A DNA stretch of 63,808 bases, filler included, from Octopus bimaculoides (lineage: Eukaryota): assembly GCF_001194135.2 (NCBI RefSeq). It is 6 parts of 6 records of this genome, joined end to end, with 100 filler letters (N's around TTAATTAATTAA, not from the genome) between each part and the next. Parts side by side here need not be neighbours in the genome. Positions count along the whole stretch, not along the records: positions 1 to 25,716 come from NC_068993.1; 5 more parts are not named here. One strand, given 5' to 3'. How positions within the stretch are numbered: the stretch's first letter is position 1; each line of letters opens with the position of its first letter. The notes beneath the pieces are model-generated. The model was not told the DNA's origin. It ran no database searches and was given only the letters and a program-made list of their open reading frames with translations. The position numbers and the translations under genes were made by a program. This document shows positions 1 to 14,149 of the stretch, in pieces.

Positions 1-672
1 TATATGAGTGTGTTTGTGTGCGTGCTTGTGCAAATATACTCGTAATGCATTTCATATATGCACCTGTGTATGTTTATGCTCCATAATTTAATGTTTATGC
101 GGTGTGTCGGTGTGCGTAAGTGCTACGTAAAGTGATATTTGCTATGATCTTGGTCTCTTGTCTTACATATGTTATTATTACAGCGCACTATTGTTGCTTA
201 GCTGAGACACAGACGGAGCTAAAAGTTATGTAAATATCTGCCTTTCTTTATCGCGTTCTCTCCCTCTGTGTTTTGTTTTAAGTATGCATTTGTCTAGGCA
301 GCAGTAAGTCGTTACGGATTTGACAACATAAGGTGGCTTACAGCTCACACCTTGTCTTTTTTCCGAGTATTGTTTCATGCTTCGCTGCTAACTAAACTAA
401 AACTAACCAAAGTCGACAGACGGATTAATCACGAAGAATGCGATGGATGCCTTATAATCTTTACGTTTTCGTTAAACAACAACAATAACAAAAACAAAAC
501 AAAACAAAAAAATAACAGCAGCAACAACAACAATGATAATAAGAATAACAATAATGATAATGAATACAAAAACAATAACAACAATAACAATAACAACACC
601 AGCAATAATGATAATTGTAACAACCACAATAATGAAAACAAAAACAGTGATGATGATGAGGATGAGAAAAAG

Positions 673-787
673 ATTTTGGTACAAAGCCAACAGTTTTGAA
701 GGGGAGGGGGTTAGTCGATATCTTCGACACTAGTACTTGATTTTTTTCTTTATTTTATTGACTGTAAAAGTATGAAAGGCAAAATCG
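673..787 (-). mobile_element. SINE family A, partial
   Basis: TGAAAGGCAAA and AGTCGAT motifs shared with the other copies. Confidence 0.55.
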
Positions 788-1234
788 CTGCTGCTGTTGC
801 TGCTGCTACTACTACTACTACTACCACCACCACCACCACCACCACCAACACCACCACCACCACCNNNNNNNNNNNNNNNNNNNNNNNNNNNNNNNNNNNN
901 NNNNNNNNNNNNNNNNNNNNNNNNNNNNNNNNNNNNNNNNNNNNNNNNNNNNNNNNNNNNNNNNNNNNNNNNNNNNNNNNNNNNNNNNNNNNNNNNNNNN
1001 NNNNNNNNNNNNNNNNNNNNNNNNNNNNNNNNNNNNNNNNNNNNNNNNNNNNNNNNNNNNNNNNNNNNNNNNNNNNNNNNNNNNNNNNNNNNNNNNNNNN
1101 NNNNNNNNNNNNNNNNNNNNNNNNNNNNNNNNNNNNNNNNNNNNNNNNNNNNNNNNNNNNNNNNNNNNNNNNNNNNNNNNNNNNNNNNNNNNNNNNNNNN
1201 NNNNNNNNNNNNNNNNNNNNNNNNNNNNNNNNNN

Positions 1235-1425
1235 GGAGGGAGGGAATAAATCGATTACATGGACCCCCAATACTCAACTGGTACTTATTTTATCGACTCC
1301 AAAAGGCTGAAAGGCAAAGTCAATCTCGGTGGAATTTGAACTCTGAACGTAAAGGCGGACACGAAATGCCGCTAAGCATTTTACCCGGAGTGCTAACGAT
1401 TTTGCAGCCCGCCTTCTTACTACAG

Positions 1426-1494
<69 letters not shown>

Positions 1495-1882
1495 GTTTCA
1501 AATTTTGGCACAAGGCCTGCAATTTCGGGAGAGGGGATAAATTGATTACAAAGGCAGAGTCGACCTCAGAGGAATTTGAACTCAGAGCGTAAAGATAGAC
1601 GAAATGCCGCTAAGCATTTTGTCCGTCATACTAATAATGATAATAACAATAATATTAATAGTAATGGTTTATGATTTAGGCACAAAGTCACAAATTTTGA
1701 GAGGAAGGGCTTGATGATACCATCGAACTCAGTAATTGACGGGTACTTTATTTATCGACCCTGGAGTGATGGGAACAGAAATCTGACCTTGACAGGATTT
1801 GAATTCAGAATGTCAAGAGCTTGAGCATATAGCGCAAGATATTTTGCTCACCGATTTAACGAGGCCAGCAATCCATCGCCCT
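1235..1882 (-). mobile_element. Three head-to-tail family A SINEs separated by (AAT)n tails
   Basis: Copies at about 1235-1412, 1493-1633 and 1663-1882. Confidence 0.8.
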
Positions 1883-1992
1883 TCTTAAGTAGACATAATA
1901 TGATAAGGCGTGATCTGATTATCAGGAAATGTAGGCGCAAATGTAAGTGCTTGGCTGAGTAACTACATGTCATTAAACCTGAGCAGGTGGGT

Positions 1993-2084
1993 CAGTTGGC
2001 ATGTTGGTGAGTTGGCATGTTGGTGAGTTGGCATGTTGGTGAGTTGGCATGTTGGTGAGTTGGCATGTTGGTGAGTTGGCATGT
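1993..2084. repeat. 16-bp minisatellite (GAGTTGGCATGTTGGT), about 5.7 copies
   Basis: Directly visible, near-perfect units. Confidence 0.95.
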
Positions 2085-2578
2085 GGCTGTGTATGTGAGA
2101 GGATCTCTCCCTCTCGTTAAAGGCAAAAGGCTCTTTGATAAAGAAATTCTCTCTTTTTTTTAATAAATCATTGTAGTCTTTAGAATGTAATTTTATGATA
2201 AACCATAAACCTTAATCACGAAATCAGCGATAATGACAATAATAATGACGACATCAACTGTAATAATAGACTTCGAAGTGTGAATAAATAAGTAAATAAA
2301 TAAATGAAACCGAGAATACTGCACTTATGCACGTAAATTATAAACAATAAGTGAAGTATAATTCTTTAACAAATTAATAAAATTGTATTTCCGTACATGC
2401 AATAGAGTCAGTCATTGCACTTGCAGCCTGAGGTAGCAGTTTAACTTGTGTGCGCATATATATGAATAAATACCCGTGGTGGATTTAATTTGGTGAATTG
2501 CAGCAAGGAGATTTTGGAAAAGTAAGATGGAGGTAGTTAAACATTATTTGAAGAGCACTAACGTACACCGCATATATA

Positions 2579-2795
2579 CGAGAGCGTGCTGAAAAGTTCC
2601 TGGATTTGAGTAAAAGAAAATACAGGAGGATCACTTAATTATGATTTTATTGAAAATATTCTCCTCTCAGATTCACACAGTTATTGCAGTGGTCCTTCAG
2701 TTTTTCTAAACCTTATAAAAGAACTCGAAAGGTTGGGTTTCCAGCCAGGCCTTTCGTGAAACCATTAAAGTCAAAAACTTTTGAGCACTCCCTCG
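2579..2795. mobile_element. Mariner-type MITE with TA target duplication
   Basis: TIRs CGAGAGCGTGCTGAAAAGTT and AACTTTTGAGCACTCCCTCG, flanked by TA at 2577-78 and 2796-97. Confidence 0.75.
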
Positions 2796-3399
2796 TAGGC
2801 ATCCTTCTGAGTTACGTAAGCATTGCTTCCCCCAAAATTTTGTTAGAATGCAGAGATCCAAAACGCAAAACGTATTACCCACTCGATTTCCATGTTCATG
2901 GACGTTTCAAAATTCAATATTTTCAGGAACTCGTTTCCATGACTCGAGCAGAGTGCCTGTATATATACAGCTGTGGTGTGACAGTGGTTGTGGATCTCCA
3001 TCGCATGACGAAGAGGATTCATTTGTTCTACCTGTCTAATTATACGCTCATTAACGAGCACGTGAATAGTTGTGCATTCCACAGATATGTGTATTGCATA
3101 AAGTAACCCTCAAACAATCAGTGTGACGTCGTGTATGATTAGGCCATATCGTTTGAATTACAGGTACAAATCTATACAGTTTCTGCTAATGCAATTTCAT
3201 TCATGAAATATGGTGGGCTTATGCTATAGAAAACATTTCCCATATTGCCACGCAGTGGGATTGAAATCGGGTAATCGTTATTGCAAAGCGAACTTCTTAA
3301 CCAGATGGCCATTTCACTTCCACTACATACCTGCCAGAAAAGGTCAAAAGTATTTCCGAGCCATAGGTCCATAAGATCAGTTTCCCGAATTCTATGGTG

Positions 3400-3577
3400 A
3401 ATATACTCACCCCGCCTGGAAGGGAGGTGTGTCGGTAGTATATGCACCAGGTAAGTGAACTGCAGCAACATGAAATAAAGTGTTCTGCTCAAGAACACAA
3501 CGCATCACTCAGGAATCGAAAACACACTCTTATGATTATGAGTGCGACACCCTAACCACTTAACCACACGCATCCAC
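3400..3577 (-). mobile_element. SINE family D-like 5' half
   Basis: Same pattern as the 17480 copy. Confidence 0.6.
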
Positions 3578-3883
3578 GGTATATATCCGTAACCCTTACA
3601 TAAATCATATTCATTTAGTATTAATTACTAAAATACTTAACCAGCTGTATAAAATCGATGGATGTAAAAGGGATGAGCAGTGTAAAATGGAGTGTCTCTG
3701 TAACCCCATTTGTATAGGTCTGTCTGCCCCAGGTCTGTTTGAGTAGAGTTATCCCGAGGGAATAACAACAACAGTACAACAACCTCAATTACAACAATAT
3801 CAACAGGAACAGAGAGAGGAAGAAAAAGACAAAGAGGAAGAAAGGAGAGAGAGAGGGAGAAAATGGGAGGAGAGAAGTGTATA

Positions 3884-4090
3884 GACGGCAGAATCGTTAG
3901 CACGCTGGGCAAAATGCTTGGCAGCGTTTCGTCCGTCTTTCCTTTTTGAGTTCGAATTCCACCGAGGTCAACTTTGTATTTCATCATTTAGGGGTCGATA
4001 AAATAAGAACAAGTTGGGCACTAGAGTCATTGTAATCGACTTATCTCCATCTCCGAAATTGTTGGTCTTGAACCAAAATTTGAAACCAAT
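3884..4090 (+). mobile_element. SINE family A (tRNA-like head)
   Basis: GGCAGAATCGTTAGCAC box A, GAGTTCGAATTCC box B, GGGGTCGATAAAATAAG body, TTTGAAACC end. Confidence 0.8.
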
Positions 4091-4213
4091 AGTTATTATG
4101 TAAAACGTCAACGATATGTACAAGCGTACTCCAGTTTAGCCACAACCTGGAAGATAGTACAAGGCTAAGAGTAGCGATAACGAGACGTGTATTGAACTTT
4201 AACAATAATAATA

Positions 4214-4335
4214 ATCCTTTCTACTATAGGCACAAAGGCCTGAAGTTTTGGGGGAGAGGGTCAGTCGATTAGATCTACCCCAGTACGCAACTGGTACTTA
4301 ATTTATCGACCACGCAAGGATGAAAGGCAAAGTCA
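4214..4335 (-). mobile_element. SINE family A 3' half (alternative tail)
   Basis: CCTTTCTACTATAGGCACAAAGGCCTGAA tail type. Confidence 0.7.
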
Positions 4336-4396
4336 TTCAACAAAAACAACAAGATGTAATGACAAAAATTATGTATATTTGTATATATGTATACGC

Positions 4397-4452
<56 letters not shown>

Positions 4453-4606
4453 NNNNNNNNNNNNNNNNNNNNNNNNNNNNNNNNNNNNNNNNNNNNNNNN
4501 NNNNNNNNNNNNNNNNNNNNNNNNNNNNNNNNNNNNNNNNNNNNNNNNNNNNNNNNNNNNNNNNNNNNNNNNNNNNNNNNNNNNNNNNNNNNNNNNNNNN
4601 NNNNNN

Positions 4607-4664
<58 letters not shown>

Positions 4665-4751
4665 GATGTGTGTGTGTGTATATATAAATGTATGTATATA
4701 TGTATATATGTATGTCTGTCTGTATAATAAATCAACAGAAATACTACAGCT

Positions 4752-5351
4752 TCAACAACAAAAACTAACAAGAAGAGGAAGAAAAGAAAAAAGTAGTAGT
4801 AGTAGAAGTAGTGGAAGTTGCAGAAGTAGTAGTTGCAATAGTAGTAGTAATACTAATAGTAGTAGTAGTTGCAGCAGCAGCAGCAGCCGCTGTAGTAGCA
4901 GTTGTAGTGGTGGCGGTGGTGGTAGTAGTAGTAGTAGTAGTAGCAGTGGTGGTGGCGATGGTATTGGTGTGTGTGGGAGAAGAAGAAGAAGAAGAAGAAG
5001 AAAGGGAGGAAGCAGAAAAAAGAAGGAAAAGAAGAAAGAAAAAAAGCAAAGAAGATAAAAAGAAAACCGAGGATGATGAGGAAGATTAGAAAAAAAATGG
5101 AAAAAGAAAGATGAAGGACTATAAATGCAGCGACGATGATGAGGATGACGATAACAAGGATGAAGAGGCGGAGCCGAGAAAGGGAGAGAGAATGAACGTA
5201 AAAGAGGAGGGTCTATGAGAGCCTGATTTATGAAGTAGTAGTAGAATAGTAGTAGAGATCTTGGTGGTGGTAGAAGTAGTAGTAGTAGTAACAGCAGATA
5301 TAGCAGTTGCAGGATTAGTAGCAGTGGTAGTAGTAGTGGCAATAATAATAA

Positions 5352-5404
<53 letters not shown>

Positions 5405-5420
5405 ATAGCAGCAGCAGTAT
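4752..5420. repeat. Compound trinucleotide microsatellites (AGT, GCA, GGT, GAA)
   Basis: Directly visible. Confidence 0.95.
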
Positions 5421-5584
5421 AATGTTTGGTAGTTTTTTTTAATGTTAATTGTGACCAATGTTTGTTGTTTTGAGATATTTAATCAGGGCGGGGTCTGACG
5501 TCGCTGGACAACGACTTCCTGTTTCATTCTCAACGTCTAACTTCATATTACGTACACACGCACACTCACACACACACACACACT

Positions 5585-5623
<39 letters not shown>

Positions 5624-5804
5624 GAATACGTACAGACATACATACAACCCCCGCACACACGCACGTGCAGATACGTACTGTCTCTATATGCAGCGAATAT
5701 AAGTGCTGTGGTCTTGGTATACATACACACATAGAAAAACAAATGTACTTTTTCCTTTTCTTTCTCTCTACCTCTCTCTATATTTGTGTATTAAATAATA
5801 CTTT

Positions 5805-6010
5805 CCTATAGCAAGCACAAGGCCTGATATTTCGGATGGGAGGAGCTAGTCGATTGCATTGATCCCATTGCTCAAATGATATTTATTTCATCGACCTTGA
5901 AAGAATGAAAGGCAAAGTTGACCTCAACGGAATTTGAACTCAGAAAGTAAAACCGGAAGAAACGCCGCTACGTATTTTGTCTGGAGTGCTAACGATTCAA
6001 CCAGCTCGCA
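5805..6010 (-). mobile_element. SINE family A
   Basis: Matches other family A copies. Confidence 0.75.
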
Positions 6011-6041
6011 CTTTTGTGCATGCATTAAATAGTGGTTTCGT

Positions 6042-6425
6042 GGAGGCGCAATGGCCCAGTGGTTAGGGCAGCGGACTCGCGGTTATAGGATCGCGGTTTC
6101 GATTCCCAGACCAGACGTTGTAAGTGTTTATTAAGCGAAAACACCTAAAGCTCCACAAGGCCCCGGCAGAGGATGGTGGCGAACCCTGCTGTACTCTTTC
6201 ACCACAACTTTCTCTCACTCTTACTTCCTGTTTCTGCTGTGCCTGTAATTCAAAGGGTCAGCCTTAACACACTGTGTCACGCTGAATATCTCCGAGAACT
6301 ACTTTAAGCGTACACGTGTCTGTGGAGTGCTCAGCCACTTGCACGTTAATTTCACGAGCAGGCTGTTCCGTTGATTGGACCAACTGGAACCCTCGACGTC
6401 GTAAGCGACGGAGTGCCAACAACAA
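6042..6425 (+). mobile_element. SINE family B (tRNA-derived, TCG anticodon-like loop), full length
   Basis: Box A TGGCCCAGTGG, box B GTTTCGATTCC, 3' stem-loop CGTCG-TAAG-CGACG and (AAC) tail. Confidence 0.85.
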
Positions 6426-6433
6426 ACAAATTG

Positions 6434-6648
6434 TGGTTTCAAATTTTGGCACAAGGCCAGCAATCACGAACAAAGAGGGTTAATCGACTACATCGACCTC
6501 GGTGCTCCACCGGTATTTATTTTTTTCGACATCAAAAGGATAAAAGGCAAAGCCTCGGGTCGGCGGAATTTAAACTCAGGACGTAAAGATGCAGGAAATG
6601 CCGTTAAGCATTTTGCCCGATGTAGTAACAATCCTGCCAACCCACCGC
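6434..6648 (-). mobile_element. SINE family A
   Basis: Matches other family A copies. Confidence 0.8.
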
Positions 6649-7780
6649 CTTGTATGAGCATTAATTAATAAACAGGATATCTCTGAAACATACACGCACA
6701 GACAAGTATTCACTTGTTTACACCTACGTATATATATAGACATACACAGGGACATACATTTATACTTACATAAGTCGCATGCACACACACACACACACAC
6801 ACACACAAACACTGAAATATACACATGTATGTATATATATATATATATATATNNNNNNNNNNNNNNNNNNNNNNNNNNNNNNNNNNNNNNNNNNNNNNNN
6901 NNNNNNNNNNNNNNNNNNNNNNNNNNNNNNNNNNNNNNNNNNNNNNNNNNNNNNNNNNNNNNNNNNNNNNNNNNNNNNNNNNNNNNNNNNNNNNNNNNNN
7001 NNNNNNNNNNNNNNNNNNNNNNNNNNNNNNNNNNNNNNNNNNNNNNNNNNNNNNNNNNNNNNNNNNNNNNNNNNNNNNNNNNNNNNNNNNNNNNNNNNNN
7101 NNNNNNNNNNNNNNNNNNNNNNNNNNNNNNNNNNNNNNNNNNNNNNNNNNNNNNNNNNNNNNNNNNNNNNNNNNNNNNNNNNNNNNNNNNNNNNNNNNNN
7201 NNNNNNNNNNNNNNNNNNNNNNNNNNNNNNNNNNNNNNNNNNNNNNNNNNNNNNNNNNNNNNNNNNNNNNNNNNNNNNNNNNNNNNNNNNNNNNNNNNNN
7301 NNNNNNNNNNNNNNNNNNNNNNNNNNNNNNNNNNNNNNNNNNNNNNNNNNNNNNNNNNNNNNNNNNNNNNNNNNNNNNNNNNNNNNNNNNNNNNNNNNNN
7401 NNNNNNNNNNNNNNNNNNNNNNNNNNNNNNNNNNNNNNNNNNNNNNNNNNNNNNNNNNNNNNNNNNNNNNNNNNNNNNNNNNNNNNNNNNNNNNNNNNNN
7501 NNNNNNNNNNNNNNNNNNNNNNNNNNNNNNNNNNNNNNNNNNNNNNNNNNNNNNNNNNNNNNNNNNNNNNNNNNNNNNNNNNNNNNNNNNNNNNNNNNNN
7601 NNNNNNNNNNNNNNNNNNNNNNNNNNNNNNNNNNNNNNNNNNNNNNNNNNNNNNNNNNNNNNNNNNNNNNNNNNNNNNNNNNNNNNNNNNNNNNNNNNNN
7701 NNNNNNNNNNNNNNNNNNNNNNNNNNNNNNNNNNNNNNNNNNNNNNNNNNNNNNNNNNNNNNNNNNNNNNNNNNNNNNNN

Positions 7781-7823
<43 letters not shown>

Positions 7824-8590
7824 ATAAATCTCTTCACCTTAAACTGAAAAGTTGGCGTGCTTCTGTCAGATCAAGATAATGTATGAGATTGCCATTGTTT
7901 TTCGTATTATCTCTCTTGAGCATTCGACAGAGGGCCGTCATAACAACCTTATGCACTGGTACTCTTGCATGCATAACCACAGTATGCATGGATTGGTATT
8001 AGGCCCTTAGATTCGAGTAATTTGCCCCCTTGGGATTGTACTTTTATAAGTTTTATCGAAAGACGTAGAAACTTACACGCTGACATCGGCATTGGGCGAA
8101 AAAATTATAGCAGTTTCCAAGGACTTTGCTACTATTAGTTTCTCGTTTATCCATTATGCCAGCTTTGGTTTACAACATGTATTACTGATTCTACAATATC
8201 TACTCTTACTATTTTAAATCATGCTGGATTCTTGGATAGAAAATTTCCGTGAACTATCAAAAAAGGATCCCTTGACAGCTGCTCCAGAACGTGTATGTAT
8301 CAGTCCTCCACCATCAATAATGATAAACGCAAAAATTATGTGATCTACTGACTTCCTAGTACCTCTCTGGTACCGCTAACTCTGTGGAACAATTATCTAT
8401 CTCTTGTTATTACTTCTCTGGTGCTACTAACTCTCTAGAGTTCCTAGTGCCACTAATTCTGCATCTTCAGTCAAATCGCTGGTTGAACTAGTTTATGCAA
8501 TGCATGCTAGAATGTTAACAAAATTGGTCAAGGTAAAGAATTTGAGAGCTTCCTCAGAAGAGAGTGGGGAGAGACAGAGGGGGAGCAGGT

Positions 8591-8945
8591 ATGCGGTGGT
8601 ACCAAAAAGTTCCTGGATTAGTTCTGTAGCGCGTCAACAGATGGCAGCACACGGTTGCGTGCGCAGTGAGAGCTAGCAGTTACCTTGTGCCCTATGGCAT
8701 CGCTGTTTACTTTACAAGTTATGAAATTTGTGTTTCGTAGATATGGGGAAGATTTCGGACGGAAAAGATTCCTTCAAATTCTCACCGTGGTAATCCAGTT
8801 GAACAAGTCTGTATGCTGCTTATTGTACCGTACATTTTTTAATCAGTGGCGCCTTCTATTGAAATTTCTGTCTATTAGAAAACGATCGTCTATTTTTCTT
8901 GAATTGTACCTTAAAAGATAATTTCGTTTTTGGCATCGCCTTTGA
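8591..8945. mobile_element. Possible degenerate mariner-type MITE
   Basis: Left end ...CCAAAAAGTTCCTGG resembles the 2579 TIR, with a CAGATGGCAGCAC subterminal motif; the right TIR match is weak. Confidence 0.35.
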
Positions 8946-10097
8946 ACGGGGTTCCATTTGCGTCTTTCCTTAAGTTATGTTGTACTTGCCACTGGATTCT
9001 ATAACACGGACAGGGACCACACCAGACCCATTACTGTGCAAATGATTGTCTATTATTACCACATCTACGCTGGTTTCCTCAAACAGATTCTTTATACTCA
9101 GAATGGCATCCAGCATGCTTATAACATGACACCGAAAAAGGTGTTGACATGCATCTCCATCTTCACGATAACAAAGCTCTTTATCAACATCTCTATCATG
9201 CGTTTCTGCGAATTATTGCTCAACAGCACAACTAATCTCAGGACCAGTCAGAATCTAGTGTTCTTCTAGAGTTTCCTGCGATACCAATCAATCCATCAAT
9301 TCCCTTATTCAATTTCACGCATTTCATCTTTGCGTTCTTCGAATTTCGGGTGTTTGTAATTGTTGAAGATCTAAGGGTGTGGTCTTTATAATTCTTGTAT
9401 ATAATATTATACAAACTTTGTTTACAATTATATTTTTGACATTTTTTGTGTGGTTCCATGTCATTTAAAAATTATCTTAAAATAAACTGTGAAAGGATTT
9501 ACCCTGATATCATAGACACAATGCCTTAAAGATATAAAGTAATTTTAAATACTATTGTAGATATCTTCCTGTGAAAGCAATGCTATCAAATAAATCCAGC
9601 TATTGCCATCACCACAAAACTTACAATTTTCCGGATATTTCCGCTTTTTCCCCAAAATACGTGATCATGACACTTAGAGCAATGTATGCCTCATCATTGA
9701 ACAGAACTTTTACGTCCCTACCTACAGCATCATCCTAAAAAAAAAAATTGACATTTTTAAAAGAAAAATCAAATTTTGATAAGCTAGGCCCACCACTAAC
9801 AAATTTAGACTGACATTCAAAGAGGCAAACGTGTTTACTGAAAATTGGTGAACAGAAATAGACAAGAGAACTGACATATGGCCATGGATTTACTCAACCG
9901 AATGACTGGTTGCCGTTCAGTGATCCATATCTCCAGATCTATCCTACCCCACCCTTAACTGTTGAATACTCAGCAAATATGCAGTGTCTAATTATATGGG
10001 TGGGGCGTACTGTAACAGTGTGACAGTGGGGGAGTGCACGATGTACTCTCTACTGCTCAATCTATTTCTGTATTTCTGAATCATATGATGTATATAT

Positions 10098-10173
<76 letters not shown>

Positions 10174-10379
10174 CAATATATATATATATGTATGTATGTG
10201 TGTGTGCGTGTGTATTTCTATGTATGTATGCATATAGACATATATGCGTACCAGTGTGTATCTACGTTTATGTGTATATTTAGATCAGTAGATATTATCA
10301 GTTATTTGATATACACACACACCCACAAAGGCACACACTCATATATGTGTGTATATATAAACACCTGATAAAACCCCTG

Positions 10380-10424
<45 letters not shown>

Positions 10425-10907
10425 AATGCACACACACATGTAAATACATGATATATNNNNNNNNNNNNNNNNNNNNNNNNNNNNNNNNNNNNNNNNNNNN
10501 NNNNNNNNNNNNNNNNNNNNNNNNNNNNNNNNNNNNNNNNNNNNNNNNNNNNNNNNNNNNNNNNNNNNNTATATATATATGCATATATGCATGTATGAAT
10601 GTGTATGTTTGTGTGTGTGTGTGTATGTATGTATGCAAAGATATCAGACGACTATGAACTATCAGTGAGATTTTTCATATATATATATATATATATACAC
10701 ATAGATACATTCACACACACACACACACACGCACACACACACACACATATATAGCGAGGGGAGAGCGAGAGAGAGAGAGAAAGAAAGTGAGAGGGGGATA
10801 AAGTCAGTGTACATGCAATTTCAGTTTTATTTTATATATACCTACATACATTCATGTGTGCACGCGTGTGCATGTGTGTGTGTGTGTGCGCGCGCCATAT
10901 AAAATAA

Positions 10908-11095
10908 GACGACGAGCCGGCTGAATATTTTGCACGTCGGACAAAAATGCTTCAACGCATTCCACCTTTCTTTACATTCGGACTTTAAATTCCGCCAAAG
11001 TAGATTTTACCATTTATGCTTTTGGGGTCGATAAAATATGTACCCGTCAAATACTAGGGCCGGTGTAATTGACTTTCCCGTCCCCTGGAATGAGT
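10908..11095 (+). mobile_element. SINE family A, diverged
   Basis: GGGGTCGATAAAATATGTACC body. Confidence 0.65.
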
Positions 11096-11269
11096 GCCAG
11101 GCTTTACAAAATCCGGTACTGGAGTCAATTCATTCGACTAAAAATTCTTCAAGGTGGTGCCCCAGCATGGCCACAGTTCGAAGACTGGTTGAAGTAAAAC
11201 ATAAAAGATGTATACAAACTCACATAAGTATAAGTATACATACGTGCATACATACACACATATGTATGT

Positions 11270-11301
<32 letters not shown>

Positions 11302-11413
11302 NNNNNNNNNNNNNNNNNNNNNNNNNNNNNNNNNNNNNNNNNNNNNNNNNNNNNNNNNNNNNNNNNNNNNNNNNNNNNGGAGATAGAGATAGAGATAGAT
11401 AGAGAGAGAGGGA

Positions 11414-11470
<57 letters not shown>

Positions 11471-11526
11471 CGAATTATATATAAAGTGACTGTTTAATTT
11501 GCAAGCGTCATTGACTGGAATTTATT

Positions 11527-11905
11527 TTTCTACTTGTTTCAGTCACTTGACTGCGGCCATGCTAGAGCACCATCTTAAAGGGGCTTTTAGTCGAAGAATT
11601 AGACCTCAAGACTTATTCTTTGAAAGCCTAGTACTTACTCTATAGGGCATTTTTGCCGAACCGCTGGGTTACGTGAGCGTAAAGACACCAATGCCGGTTG
11701 TCAAGCGATGGTGGTGGGGACAAACGCGGAAACAAAGATACACCCACATTAATAGATATACATATACATGACGCATTTCTTTCAGTTTCCATCTATCAAA
11801 TTCACTCACAAGGCTTTAGTCGGCCCGAGGCTATAGTAGAAGACACTTGCTCAAGGTGCCATGCAGTGGGACTGAACCCGGAACCATGTGGTTGGGAAGC
11901 AAGCT
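11527..11905 (-). mobile_element. SINE family C (tRNA head, CORE-like CCTTGGGCAAG segment, internal microsatellite)
   Basis: Similar to the 41990 and 47828 copies. Confidence 0.75.
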
Positions 11906-12009
11906 TCAGGTTCTTGACCAGGTTGGCTTTTAGCATTTTTTAAAAACCTGCCCTGATACTTCTTGAAATTTCAGAGACGAAACTTCTTTCATCTTTTATC
12001 TGTGTTTTA

Positions 12010-12210
12010 CTGGTTTTTAGTCATTGGACTGCGACCATGCTGGTGCACCGTGATGGGTTATCGCCGAATAAATCGACCCGAGTACTAATTTCTTTTTAAA
12101 ATCTTTTTATTCTATCAGTCACTTTTGCTACTTAAGAGGACGTAAACAAACCAGCATTGATCATCAAGCGGTGGTGAAGGCAAACACAAACACAAAGATA
12201 CAAGCAAATG
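12010..12210 (-). mobile_element. SINE family C 3' half, diverged
   Basis: GACTGCGACCATGCTGG and AATCGACCC motifs. Confidence 0.6.
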
Positions 12211-12952
12211 CACACGCAAATATGCGTGTATATATGTATACATATGTGTAAAGTCTGTCATATCGGCCATGATGAAATACCACAAGGTATAGAAAATACG
12301 TATTCGCCTTTATATATTTAATCCTTTATATTGAACACTCAATATTTCATCTATTCAATAAGACATATTCCATATATTCAATAAGACATTCAATACTTTA
12401 TTTCATTATACCATCCATTTTTATTTTATATTATATATTGTATATTATATTATATATTGTATATTCCATATTCTATATCCCACATTGGTTTTGCAGGAAT
12501 ATAAATAAAACATAAAAAACAGACAGTGTTGGAACTCTTTTAAACAAAATAATATATTCCTCTATACACAATCATACAAAACCCCTTTTTTTGTATTNNN
12601 NNNNNNNNNNNNNNNNNNNNNNNNNNNNNNNNNNNNNNNNNNNNNNNNNNNNNNNNNNNNNNNNNNNNNNNNNNNNNNNNNNNNNNNNNNNNNNNNNNNN
12701 NNNNNNNNNNNNNNNNNNNNNNNNNNNNNNNNNNNNNNNNNNNNNNNNNNNNNNNNNNNNNNNNNNNNNNNNNNNNNNNNNNNNNNNNNNNNNNNNNNNN
12801 NNNNNNNNNNNNNNNNNNNNNNNNNNNNNNNNNNNNNNNNNNNNNNNNNNNNNNNNNNNNNNNNNNNNNNNNNNNNNNNNNNNNNNNNNNNNNNNNNNNN
12901 NNNNNNNNNNNNNNNNNNNNNNNATATGTATGTGTGTGTGTCTATGTATATA

Positions 12953-12992
<40 letters not shown>

Positions 12993-13581
12993 TAGTTGAG
13001 TTAGAGGTTACAATAACCGGTATAAGGGGTAGAAGTATCCATTACACTACCAGTATATTACCTATATTTAACCATGGGCATACATATGCAGACATATTCA
13101 CATAATAAAACCTATGTTCCGACTAAAACCTATTGGCGTATCCCACTATTATTTTATTGATTTTTTAATTTTTATTATTTATCCATCCTACAAAGGATTA
13201 ATCCACCAATTACTATTTTGGTTTAGTCTTTTACTTAATGTCCCAAAGAGACACACAAACAAAATGGTATGATTACAACTATATTCAACTTTTCCCTTTT
13301 TCTTCTCTATGCTCTTCGTTATTGATTCTTCACTCTAATGAAGCTCATTTTTAAGATCGGTTTTATTAACGAATATGATAAAATATTTTTGTATATTTTT
13401 GCATATCAATGGCAATACCATACAAGATTGGAAGCAGAAACAGCTGTTAGATATGATACAGTTTATTTGTATTGAATTAATGAATAATAATTGATGCAAG
13501 TCAGCTGTTATTTGTCAGTACTTCTCCATTTTCTGTTTTCTTTAAATCTATCGATCTATCTATATACATATACAGACACAG

Positions 13582-13623
<42 letters not shown>

Positions 13624-14149
13624 GCAGACGATATATCTATGTATATAACTATGTGTATATATATATGCATGTATGTANNNNNNNNNNNNNNNNNNNNNNN
13701 NNNNNNNNNNNNNNNNNNNNNNNNNNNNNNNNNNNNNNNNNNNNNNNNNNNNNNNNNNNNNNNNNNNNNNNNNNNNNNNNNNNNNNNNNNNNNNNNNNNN
13801 NNNNNNNNNNNNNNNNNNNNNNNNNNNNNNNNNNNNNNNNNNNNNNNNNNNNNNNNNNNNNNNNNNNNNNNNNNNNNNNNNNNNNNNNNNNNNNNNNNNN
13901 NNNNNNNNNNNNNNNNNNNNNNNNNNNNNNNNNNNNNNNNNNNNNNNNNNNNNNNNNNNNNNNNNNNNNNNNNNNNNNNNNNNNNNNNNNNNNNNNNNNN
14001 NNNNNNNNNNNNNNNNNNNNNNNNNNNNNNNNNNNNNNNNNNNNNNNNNNNNNNNNNNNNNNNNNNNNNNNNNNNNNNNNNNNNNNNNNNNNNNNNNNNN
14101 NNNNNNNNNNNNNNNNNNNNNNNNNNNNNNNNNNNNTATATATATGTTT

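Noticed and set aside
6042-6115. tRNA-like sequences at SINE heads
   Set aside because: Each continues into a SINE body and lacks a clean acceptor stem and Pol III terminator; not called tRNA genes.
8940-9900. Possible degraded LINE RT on the minus strand
   Set aside because: No motif was convincing enough to call by eye.
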